Below, piece after piece: positions 33,146 through 40,116 of a stretch of DNA of 44,975 nucleotides. Position numbers and translations under genes: made by a program. Under the pieces are notes generated by a model. The model made no database searches. It was not told the origin of the DNA and saw nothing but the letters and a program-made list of their open reading frames with translations. Within the stretch, counting starts at the first letter, position 1. Each line of letters opens with the position of its first letter. The stretch lies in the IMG/VR virus record IMGVR_UViG_3300031539_000078, positions 1-44,975 of that record. The stretch is one strand, 5' to 3'. Source of the DNA: a virus.

Positions 33146-33766
33146 ATGGAATTAAAATTGGTGCGTTTTAGGAAAACTGAAGTCATTGAACTTTTAAGCA
33201 TTTTGCCCTCATTGAAACAGCGGGGACAAACGGGTTTAGACTTGGCACTAGAGTTAGAAACTAGGTTGGAAGCATGTAATCAGGCTGGGGGTATGGTTAA
33301 AGAGCTTTATACCTGGGGGGAAGATATTGAACATATTGCAACATCTCATGGATTTACTACTATGCAGACTAAAAAATATATTGAGCAAGCAATCTGTTAT
33401 ATATCGGGATGGTCGAGAAAGAAGAGAACCTTCAAGCATTTTATCCAGCATATTGGTAAGGGTAAACGCAAGGTATGGGTGCCACAAATAGGAACTGAAC
33501 GTTTAGTGGGGGGTTATGCCCAAGTATTCGTGGGTAATGATTTTCCCGGTGTGCCTAAAAGTGGGTGGATGTATAAACACAGATTAGTGATGCAAAAATA
33601 TCTCGGTAGACCATTGAAATCCTGGGAAGTTATCCATCATAAGGACAGGAATAAATTAAACAATGAAGTTTCTAACTTAAAGGTACTCTCCCATGTAGAG
33701 CATCCAGTGTGTATAAGATGCCCTTATTACGAATTTTATTTGAAACAAAAATGCGACATACATTAG
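33146..33766 (+). CDS. Fusion protein: YISGW.RK.RT-family HTH domain (member 2) plus C-terminal HNH endonuclease domain
   Basis: N-domain IATSHGFTTMQTKKYIEQAICYISGWSRKKRTFKHF. C-domain YKHRLVMQKYLGRPLKSWEVIHHKDRNKLNNEVSNLKVL. Confidence 0.65.
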   Translation: MELKLVRFRKTEVIELLSILPSLKQRGQTGLDLALELETRLEACNQAGGMVKELYTWGEDIEHIATSHGFTTMQTKKYIEQAICYISGWSRKKRTFKHFIQHIGKGKRKVWVPQIGTERLVGGYAQVFVGNDFPGVPKSGWMYKHRLVMQKYLGRPLKSWEVIHHKDRNKLNNEVSNLKVLSHVEHPVCIRCPYYEFYLKQKCDIH

Positions 33767-33805
33767 CTTTATTTAGCTATAAACCGTGTCGCAAATAAAA
33801 TGACC

Positions 33806-33834
33806 TTGACAAAATTCTGGGTTCGTAGTAGACT
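33806..33834 (+). promoter_or_regulatory. Sigma70-type promoter (TTGACA-17-TAGACT)
   Basis: Read directly. Confidence 0.6.
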
Positions 33835-33843
33835 ATTTTTACT

Positions 33844-33900
33844 GGCGTATAACTACGCCCTAGAGCTCGAATTATCTTCAATTCGGGCTATTTTCATTTC
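33844..33900 (+). terminator. Promoter-proximal hairpin plus intrinsic terminator (attenuator or ~55-nt RNA)
   Basis: Hairpin ggcgta-taac-tacgcc (33844-33859). Stem agctcgaatt-atcttc-aattcgggct (33864-33889, 10 bp including one G-U) is followed by aTTTTCATTTC. Confidence 0.5.
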
Positions 33901-34001
33901 TCCCCCTTTTATCATTTTCCCTCTCCTGGGAAATGCCATAGATATTAGCTATAAAAATGGAACCCCTAAAGTATTAGACCCCTCCCTCATTGCGGGTCAT
34001 C

Positions 34002-34055
34002 TATGGCACACAAACTTTCTTGTGTATCATAAATCAAGAATTATGGCACGCAAAC
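34002..34055 (+). repeat. Two direct 14-bp repeats TATGGCAC(A/G)CAAAC spaced 40 bp apart
   Basis: Copies at 34002-34015 and 34042-34055, in the long leader of the phosphoesterase gene. Confidence 0.8.
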
Positions 34056-34104
34056 TAGATATTTCCAGCCTCTTAAGCGCACCAAGCCAATCAAGTAAAA
34101 GCTA

Positions 34105-35208
34105 ATGGGAAAAAGATTTTTACCTAAAGATGGTTCAAAAGACCTTGAAAAACTAATCAAGACATATAAGACCTGTAGTAGAGACGAACTTCCCGCTCTG
34201 GCTAAAAAGCATGGCTTTAAGAATGATTGCTCACTTATGGATTCAATGCGTCATCGCTTGGGTATAAGCTGGGTAGAGCCAGCCAGGGAAACAAAGGAAG
34301 ACAAAGAGATAGTTGTTAATCTCCCCCCAATTAATCTAAAGACCTATAACCCGATTAAACATAAGGGTAAGGGAGACCCTGAAACACAAGTCTTGCTTTT
34401 AAGCGATTGGCATGCTGGGGAAATCACGCCAACTTTTAATAGCACTACCCTTAAGAACAGGGCAGATAAACTCTATAAATCATTACTTTCAATCACCTAT
34501 TTACATCGCAATATGTATCCTGTAAATGACTTGGTTATTATTGACTTGGGCGACAATGTACATGGCGAGAATGTGCATCAAGGGGCTACGATAGAAAATA
34601 CCGAGTGTGGGGCAATGAGCCAGGTTTTTGAAATCGCAATGCCTGAGCTTAATAATTTACTGTGCTCACTTAGTCAAGAATTCAGGTCAATTAAATTCTA
34701 TGGCATCCGAGGCAATCATGGGCGTTGTAGTTTGGAAGCACCGCAGACATCAAATTGGGACATGATGCTTTATGGAACCCTTAAGGCAAAATTAGAAGGA
34801 GTAACTAATAATATCGAGGTTTATCCTTGTAAGGACTTTTCAGAGATAATTTCAATTCAGGGATTCAGGTTCTTTTGTTTTCATGGTGAGCAAGTTAGAA
34901 GCTATCAGGGCATACCATACTTTGCACTTATTCGCAAAATTATATCCTGGTTTATTACCTATAATGGCTTTGATTATAGTTGCTGCGGGCATTGGCATAA
35001 AGATGATTTATTAAGAGTAAGCGCCAAAACAAAACACTTTATCAATGGGGCATTCCCAACAGATGATCCCTTTGCGCTCAGGGTTATTGGAACCTCAGCA
35101 ATACCTAGCCAATGGACATTTGGTGTGCATAAGAAACAAGGAGTTACTTGGGCTTATTCTCTAGTATTAGATGATGATTTCCTTCCTAAACCAGTGAGGG
35201 GAGAATGA
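34105..35208 (+). CDS. Calcineurin-like metallophosphoesterase (Mre11/SbcD-type fold) with N-terminal helical domain
   Basis: LLLSDWHAGE, DLGDNVHG, IRGNHG, CFHGEQ and CGHWHKD match metallophosphoesterase motifs I-V. Confidence 0.75.
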   Translation: MGKRFLPKDGSKDLEKLIKTYKTCSRDELPALAKKHGFKNDCSLMDSMRHRLGISWVEPARETKEDKEIVVNLPPINLKTYNPIKHKGKGDPETQVLLLSDWHAGEITPTFNSTTLKNRADKLYKSLLSITYLHRNMYPVNDLVIIDLGDNVHGENVHQGATIENTECGAMSQVFEIAMPELNNLLCSLSQEFRSIKFYGIRGNHGRCSLEAPQTSNWDMMLYGTLKAKLEGVTNNIEVYPCKDFSEIISIQGFRFFCFHGEQVRSYQGIPYFALIRKIISWFITYNGFDYSCCGHWHKDDLLRVSAKTKHFINGAFPTDDPFALRVIGTSAIPSQWTFGVHKKQGVTWAYSLVLDDDFLPKPVRGE

Positions 35209-35246
35209 ATGGATAATCTGCTTTGGTTAAAAGAGCAACTAAAATA

Positions 35247-35750
35247 CTAATTTAATCTTGCCTCGAGTTGCTGAATTCTTTTCTTTAATTGCTTAATATA
35301 TCGCTTCGTTTGTATATCCACCAAATGTTGTTTCTGGGTTGGTAGAAGTTCTAAATTTTCAATGCAATTATCGCTTTTATTACCATTCTTGTGGTGAATT
35401 ACTTCCCAGGGCAACAAGCATCTTGATAAGTGTTTAGCCATTACTAAGCGATGTTCTAGAACTTGTCCATGAATATCAGCCATAGAGGAGAAGAAGTCAT
35501 TAGCACCCAATCGCACATTTATATAACCATCGGGGCGTTTATAATAACCACCTTTCCAATTATGTCCGTGGTTAGTTATGGGGTCTATGTGGCTACATGC
35601 TTGGCATAAACCTTGGAGTTTTTGTTTATGGAAGTATATGTTTTCAACCCAGCGTTCATAGCCACAATGTGGGCAACGAGCCCAGATAAATTTATTTGTA
35701 CACCGCCTATTCAGGCTTTTAGCTGTAGTAATATCACCAACACAGGACAT
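35247..35750 (-). CDS. HNH homing endonuclease, paralog 3
   Basis: CPHCGYERW...CQAC ribbon, then GQVLEHRLVMAKHLSRCLLPWEVIHHKNGNKSDNCIENLEL. ATG 35750 is preferred over the track GTG at 35762. Confidence 0.85.
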   Translation of the reverse strand: MSCVGDITTAKSLNRRCTNKFIWARCPHCGYERWVENIYFHKQKLQGLCQACSHIDPITNHGHNWKGGYYKRPDGYINVRLGANDFFSSMADIHGQVLEHRLVMAKHLSRCLLPWEVIHHKNGNKSDNCIENLELLPTQKQHLVDIQTKRYIKQLKKRIQQLEARLN

Positions 35751-35767
35751 AATATCACCCACTAAGA

Positions 35768-35796
35768 ATTATATCACAACTACTAATTCAAGTCAA
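35768..35796 (-). promoter_or_regulatory. Near-consensus promoter (TTGACT-17-TGaTATAAT) for HNH paralog 3
   Basis: Read on the reverse complement. Confidence 0.6.
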
Positions 35797-35811
35797 ACAA
35801 AAGGGGATATA

Positions 35812-36051
35812 ATGAAGCAACCAAACTATTTAGTAGAGCAATTAAAAACTATTCGTAACCTTACAGATATATCCCTATTATTGCTTAGGGATGAACAGGA
35901 TGCCTTGATACCAACAATCCTTGAGTTACTACACCAGGAGACCCAGCAGATTGTTGATGATCACTGTGTTGATGTGGGCAAGGAAGCAGATGACAGTCCC
36001 GATTATTGCTATCAGCCTGATAATACTACACTAACACAGGGGAGGGAATGA
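35812..36051 (+). CDS. Hypothetical acidic protein
   Basis: 79-aa track ORF with SD AAGGGGA. Confidence 0.5.
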   Translation: MKQPNYLVEQLKTIRNLTDISLLLLRDEQDALIPTILELLHQETQQIVDDHCVDVGKEADDSPDYCYQPDNTTLTQGRE

Positions 36052-36098
36052 TATGAGAAAGCCGCCTTAGTTTGATTGGTGTCCCTAATCTTCTATCT

Positions 36099-36641
36099 TT
36101 ATCCTCTTAGCCTTATCCCAATAAGGTTTTGGTTTTCTAGTTCTATAATTCTTTGTTCTAGAGCTTGCAATTTATGTTGCATTGCCATAGAGGGTAAATG
36201 GTTATTCATATTTGGGAAAAGTTCTAGATTTTCAATTCTGTTATCAGCTCTAACACCATTCTTGTGATGAACAACCTCCCAACTTTCTAAACATCTACCT
36301 AGATATTTCGCCATAACTAATCTGTGTTCCCTGAGGTACCCTGATTTTCTAGCCATCGGATAATATGGATTATCCGGTTGCAATTTTATTTCTATATAAC
36401 CGCTAGGGAGTTTATGTTTACCACCCCTCCAAGCTGGATTTGCCTTCCCACTACCTGAGGTAAACTTATTATGACATTTTAAGCACATTCCTGTGAATTC
36501 TTTTCGTTTTAAGCTATCAATTCTAACCCATCTACCTATAATGCAAACTGGGCAAATAATCCATACCTTGACTCCCCTATGGCGTCCTTTGGCGTCTATA
36601 ACTACTGCTGTTTGTCCTTGTTTTAATAATTCCTTGCCCAT
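36099..36641 (-). CDS. HNH homing endonuclease, paralog 4
   Basis: CPVC...CLKC ribbon, then GYLREHRLVMAKYLGRCLESWEVVHHKNGVRADNRIENLEL. Confidence 0.85.
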   Translation of the reverse strand: MGKELLKQGQTAVVIDAKGRHRGVKVWIICPVCIIGRWVRIDSLKRKEFTGMCLKCHNKFTSGSGKANPAWRGGKHKLPSGYIEIKLQPDNPYYPMARKSGYLREHRLVMAKYLGRCLESWEVVHHKNGVRADNRIENLELFPNMNNHLPSMAMQHKLQALEQRIIELENQNLIGIRLRG

Positions 36642-36647
36642 ACTGTG

Positions 36648-36677
36648 AGTATATCATTGGGACTTATGGTTTGTCAA
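36648..36677 (-). promoter_or_regulatory. Promoter (TTGACA-18-TGaTATACT) giving a leaderless mRNA for HNH paralog 4
   Basis: The -10 ends 6 nt before ATG 36641 and there is no SD. The -35 lies inside the upstream ORF. Confidence 0.55.
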
Positions 36678-36806
36678 CTTTCTCATTCTAGGGCGGTCCC
36701 AGTAAACCGAACCGCATTTAGGACATCGCCTAACATCTTTTATCCGGGGAGTCCAGCGATGATGACAGCGTTTACATTCTATCTGTGTGATCTTAACCTG
36801 TGTCAT
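36654..36806 (-). CDS. Small zinc-ribbon protein (50 aa)
   Basis: Not in the track. Translation MTQVKITQIECKRCHHRWTPRIKDVRRCPKCGSVYWDRPRM... ATGA overlap with the upstream gene. Confidence 0.5.
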   Translation of the reverse strand: MTQVKITQIECKRCHHRWTPRIKDVRRCPKCGSVYWDRPRMRKLTNHKSQ

Positions 36807-36997
36807 AGTTTAATTATCTCCTTTGTTTCGCTTGGTAGGTTTTGCCAATCTATCTTGGGATGATATTGGGAAAGTAATTTACATCGTTTCAGGGCTTCGA
36901 TGCCTAATTGAACAGCTTCTCGTGCAGGATCAGGTGGAATGTAAACTCCGCCCATCAAGCAGGCTTCCATGATTTCGATGGCTTTTTCTAGTGTCAT
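36803..36997 (-). CDS. Hypothetical small protein
   Basis: 64-aa track ORF in the minus-strand operon. Confidence 0.5.
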   Translation of the reverse strand: MTLEKAIEIMEACLMGGVYIPPDPAREAVQLGIEALKRCKLLSQYHPKIDWQNLPSETKEIIKL

Positions 36998-37002
36998 TTC
37001 CT

Positions 37003-37230
37003 TTACCTCCTTTGTTTATTAAGCATTGCTATGGTGGCATAATCGCCCCAAGCTAACATTACTGTTCTCTCCTGTCTCGGAGTGGCCTTAATACCTGTTA
37101 GTTTTCTTGCTTGGTTGATTGTGAAAAATCCTTTACCTTTAATCCAGAAACCACCTTTACCATGTGTTACATCATACTGGTGTTTGCCTAGCTTCTCGGC
37201 TAAAGTGTCTGCTAAAACTTGGTGTCTCAT
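37003..37230 (-). CDS. Hypothetical small basic protein (possible DNA binder)
   Basis: 75-aa track ORF with a G9-containing SD (GGGGGGGGGAGG). Confidence 0.5.
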   Translation of the reverse strand: MRHQVLADTLAEKLGKHQYDVTHGKGGFWIKGKGFFTINQARKLTGIKATPRQERTVMLAWGDYATIAMLNKQRR

Positions 37231-37261
37231 TTCCTCCCCCCCCTTATATTGTCTATATATA

Positions 37262-37290
37262 ACATTACACTATACCTATTTATTTGTCAA
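37262..37290 (-). promoter_or_regulatory. Promoter (TTGACA-17-TAATGT) for the minus-strand operon 37230-36099
   Basis: Read on the reverse complement. The leader is ~31 nt and carries the SD. Confidence 0.5.
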
Positions 37291-37340
37291 TAGGGTATAA
37301 GACATAATACTTAAGAAAATATAATTTCGTAGCTAAAATT

Positions 37341-37775
37341 ATGGCTAAAACTAAATTAACTAAACAAAGACACGATGCAATCGTTAAACTGATTCGAGAG
37401 GGCAATTATATCAATAGAGCTTGCCAGGCTGTTGGTATTGATCAACATACTTATGACAATTGGATACGACAAGGCGGGCAAGCTGGACTAGCTGAAGAAG
37501 ATATATATTTCCAATTCTCCCAGGCAATAAAAAAGGCTGAATCTGAGTTTATAGCTGAGAATGTGGCCTTAATACAGACAGCAGCCAAGAAGAATTGGTT
37601 TGCTGCTGCGTGGTTGTTAGAGCGTAAGTACCCGGCTGAGTTCGGTAGGCGTATGGAGATAGCTGTTGGTCCCTCTAAGCTAATGACATTATTACAGGAA
37701 GCGGCACAGGAGGAGATAGCGAAGCCGGGGGAGCCACCGCAACTAGCTCGAGTTAAGGATGAGGCAGATAAGTAA
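37341..37775 (+). CDS. terS: Terminase small subunit
   Basis: N-terminal HTH (IVKLIREGNYINRACQAVGIDQHTYDNWIRQG) and AAKKNWFAAAWLLERKYPAEFGRR, typical of TerS. Lies upstream of terL. Confidence 0.7.
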   Translation: MAKTKLTKQRHDAIVKLIREGNYINRACQAVGIDQHTYDNWIRQGGQAGLAEEDIYFQFSQAIKKAESEFIAENVALIQTAAKKNWFAAAWLLERKYPAEFGRRMEIAVGPSKLMTLLQEAAQEEIAKPGEPPQLARVKDEADK

Positions 37776-38028
37776 GCACGATGTTAACAAGCTAACAGCT
37801 ATGCAACTCAAGTCTATGTTACCTTTCCAGATAATAAACGATGGTGAAGTCATAGCTACAGTGTTGCCAGTCTGCGATGTTAACAAGCTAAAACAACAAG
37901 CCAAAGCTAGCCACGATGTTAACAAGCCAAGACCAGTAGGGAAGAAGCTTTATGAACCTAGTCACGATGTCAACAAGACTGGTGAGCTAAGGTTCAGTAA
38001 GGCCAGGCAAGTAAGTGGGAGGATGTGA
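37759..38028 (+). CDS. Questionable ORF encoding four (H/C)DVNK repeats
   Basis: 89-aa track ORF with a poor SD. It may simply be the frame left open across the DNA repeats. Confidence 0.3.
   Translation: MRQISKHDVNKLTAMQLKSMLPFQIINDGEVIATVLPVCDVNKLKQQAKASHDVNKPRPVGKKLYEPSHDVNKTGELRFSKARQVSGRM
37777..37978 (+). repeat. Four dispersed direct copies of a 16-bp motif, (C/T)(A/G)CGATGTTAACAAGC
   Basis: Copies at 37777-37792, 37873-37888, 37912-37927 and 37963-37978. The last copy has 2 substitutions. The core contains the palindrome GTTAAC. Confidence 0.9.
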
Positions 38029-38333
38029 TGTTAGTGAATAAATTAACTAAAGCTAATTTAAGTTATATTGCTGGGTTTGTGGATGGTGAGGGCTTTATTG
38101 GATATGTGCGAGGGCGTTTGATGTTTAAGATTAGCAACACAAACTATCCCATACTTGATTGGATACAACGCATCACAGGCAGTGGTAACATTACAGAGCT
38201 TAAAGGGATAACGCAGTTAAGAAAGAGAAGGCCAGCTTATCAATGGAGTTGTTATGGCAATACTGCCAGGGAATTAATCAAGGTGCTGAAACCATTCTTA
38301 AAAATAAAGGCAGGACAGGGATTCCTTATTTAA
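38025..38333 (+). CDS. LAGLIDADG homing endonuclease, paralog 3, C-terminally truncated (possible decaying gene)
   Basis: LSYIAGFVDGEGFIGY motif. It ends at LKPFLKIKAGQGFLI, where paralogs 1 and 2 continue for ~50 more aa. 235 nt follow before the next predicted ORF (38569). Confidence 0.65.
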   Translation: MMLVNKLTKANLSYIAGFVDGEGFIGYVRGRLMFKISNTNYPILDWIQRITGSGNITELKGITQLRKRRPAYQWSCYGNTARELIKVLKPFLKIKAGQGFLI

Positions 38334-38568
38334 CTGCGTCTAAGAGTTATTATACCCACTTAAAACTAAAGCTAATCTAGCTTTGAGTGCTTATTATACT
38401 TGGATTATACCCTGTAAGCCATAAAGCCATTGCCCATCGCCCAATCGCAAGGCACACCCCTTCACTTAATATAGATATACCTCAACCTCTCCAAAATGAG
38501 ATTTAGGAACTTAACATAACATAGCAGTTTAGTCCAGTCAGTAAATAATAAAAATGGAGACTTAATAA

Positions 38569-38742
38569 ATGGGAATGAAGTGGTTACTTAAATACTATCT
38601 GCTCAAGTTTATTATTGGTAAAGATGAGGTTGTGGCTAACCTCAAGCCAATAAGCGAGGATTGTCTTCATTGGGATGGCAGACCTTATTTCATAATCAAT
38701 ACAGCCATACATAATGGCATACCTGGAAAACGCAAAGGATAG
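38569..38742 (+). CDS. Small hypothetical protein (57 aa)
   Basis: Not in the track. SD GGAGA. Its stop abuts the terL start. Confidence 0.4.
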   Translation: MGMKWLLKYYLLKFIIGKDEVVANLKPISEDCLHWDGRPYFIINTAIHNGIPGKRKG

Positions 38743-40113
38743 ATGGGATATAAAGACGCACAAACGAGGATATTTCGGCTTTTAGGTTATGAACCAACGC
38801 CAGAGCAAGCCCTGATACATAATGACCAGAGCAGGATTAAGTTGGTAGCAGGTGGGGAGCGGGCAGGTAAATCGAAGGTTAATTCCAAGGAATTAGACAG
38901 TCATTGGTTTGCCGATATTGCTTCGCAGAAGAGAGGGGATGCACTTTATTGGTTGCTTGGCAATGATTATGAGGCTTGTCGGGGTGATTGGGACCACTTA
39001 AAAGAGGATTTCTATAAGTTAGAAGCCTTTGCTGAACCACCAACAAAGAACATAGACCCTGGCTCAATGCTTCTGCAGGATGGCACAACCATAGTTACGA
39101 AATCAGCCAAATATCCCGAAAAGATAGCGACAATGGCCCCTGATGGGATTCTGATATGTGAGGCGGCTCAGGTTGATTATGAGGTTTTCCTGCGTGCCCG
39201 TTCAAGATTAGCGGAGAAACGGGGTTGGCTGTGTTTGGGTGGGACTTTTGAACAAGAAGAGTATGTGAGCTGGTATCGGGAATTATATGAGCTAGGGCAA
39301 TCTTACAATCAATTGGAGTTAAAATCATTCTCTTTGCCAACCTGGAGCAATACGATAAAGTTCCCTGGTGGGAGGAACGATCCTGAAATTCTTAATCTGG
39401 AAAAGACTATGACACCTGAGCGTTTTCAGGAACGTTTTGGTGGAGTACCCTGTCCGAAAACAGGTCGAGTAGTTAAAGATTTTGCCAACGCCATTCACGT
39501 CAGGGAATGCAATTTTAATCCTGACTTGCCTGTGGAGATAGCGGTTGACCCTGGCTATGCTGGGGCTTATGCAGTTCTGGCAATACAGGAATGGGGTGAA
39601 CAGATTGCCCTGATTGATGAGATTTATGTTCAGGGGGTTGTAACACAGGACATTATTCTTATGGCAAAGAAAAAGCCTTGGTGGGGGGCTGTTACGGGTG
39701 GGGCGATTGATATAGCCGGCAGACAACACCAGGCAATGGAAGCCCCAGTGGAAATCTGGCTTAAAAACGCAGGAGTAAGTTTAAGAAGTAAAAAGGTTAC
39801 TATCGAGGATGGTATTGATTTACTAAGAACGCACCTTAAGCAGCATCCGATTACGGGTAAACCAGGGGTAGTAGTTGCCCCGAGGTGTCAAGGCTTTATT
39901 GCTGAATGTGGCGGTGGTAAATCGCCAGTAGATGGTGGTGGTATTTGGATGCGGGATAAAAACACCCTGAAACCGATAAGTAAAAATAATCATGCCTGTA
40001 CAGCATTTATTTTTTACTTAGTTAATAAATTTGGTTATACAGAGCGAACTGGGAGGATAGAATTTTTGCGATGGGTAGGACCCATCCCCAACCCGACATT
40101 TGTAAGGACATAA
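38743..40113 (+). CDS. terL: Terminase large subunit
   Basis: Walker A VAGGERAGKS, Walker B-like GILICEAAQ, C-terminal RNaseH-like nuclease region IAVDPGYAG...AID. 456 aa, followed by the portal gene. Confidence 0.88.
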   Translation: MGYKDAQTRIFRLLGYEPTPEQALIHNDQSRIKLVAGGERAGKSKVNSKELDSHWFADIASQKRGDALYWLLGNDYEACRGDWDHLKEDFYKLEAFAEPPTKNIDPGSMLLQDGTTIVTKSAKYPEKIATMAPDGILICEAAQVDYEVFLRARSRLAEKRGWLCLGGTFEQEEYVSWYRELYELGQSYNQLELKSFSLPTWSNTIKFPGGRNDPEILNLEKTMTPERFQERFGGVPCPKTGRVVKDFANAIHVRECNFNPDLPVEIAVDPGYAGAYAVLAIQEWGEQIALIDEIYVQGVVTQDIILMAKKKPWWGAVTGGAIDIAGRQHQAMEAPVEIWLKNAGVSLRSKKVTIEDGIDLLRTHLKQHPITGKPGVVVAPRCQGFIAECGGGKSPVDGGGIWMRDKNTLKPISKNNHACTAFIFYLVNKFGYTERTGRIEFLRWVGPIPNPTFVRT

Positions 40114-40116
40114 AAT

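Noticed and set aside
33800-34105. 101-aa track ORF upstream of the phosphoesterase gene
   Set aside because: A promoter, two hairpins, a terminator and a polypyrimidine tract lie inside it. Its composition is low-complexity (Leu/Ser/Ile/Phe) and it has no SD. It is better explained as an untranslated leader.
36076-37300. Plus-strand track ORFs 36076-36267, 36645-36863 and 37082-37300
   Set aside because: They are antisense to the HNH, zinc-ribbon and small-protein genes of the minus-strand operon. They are hydrophobic or low-complexity and have no SD.
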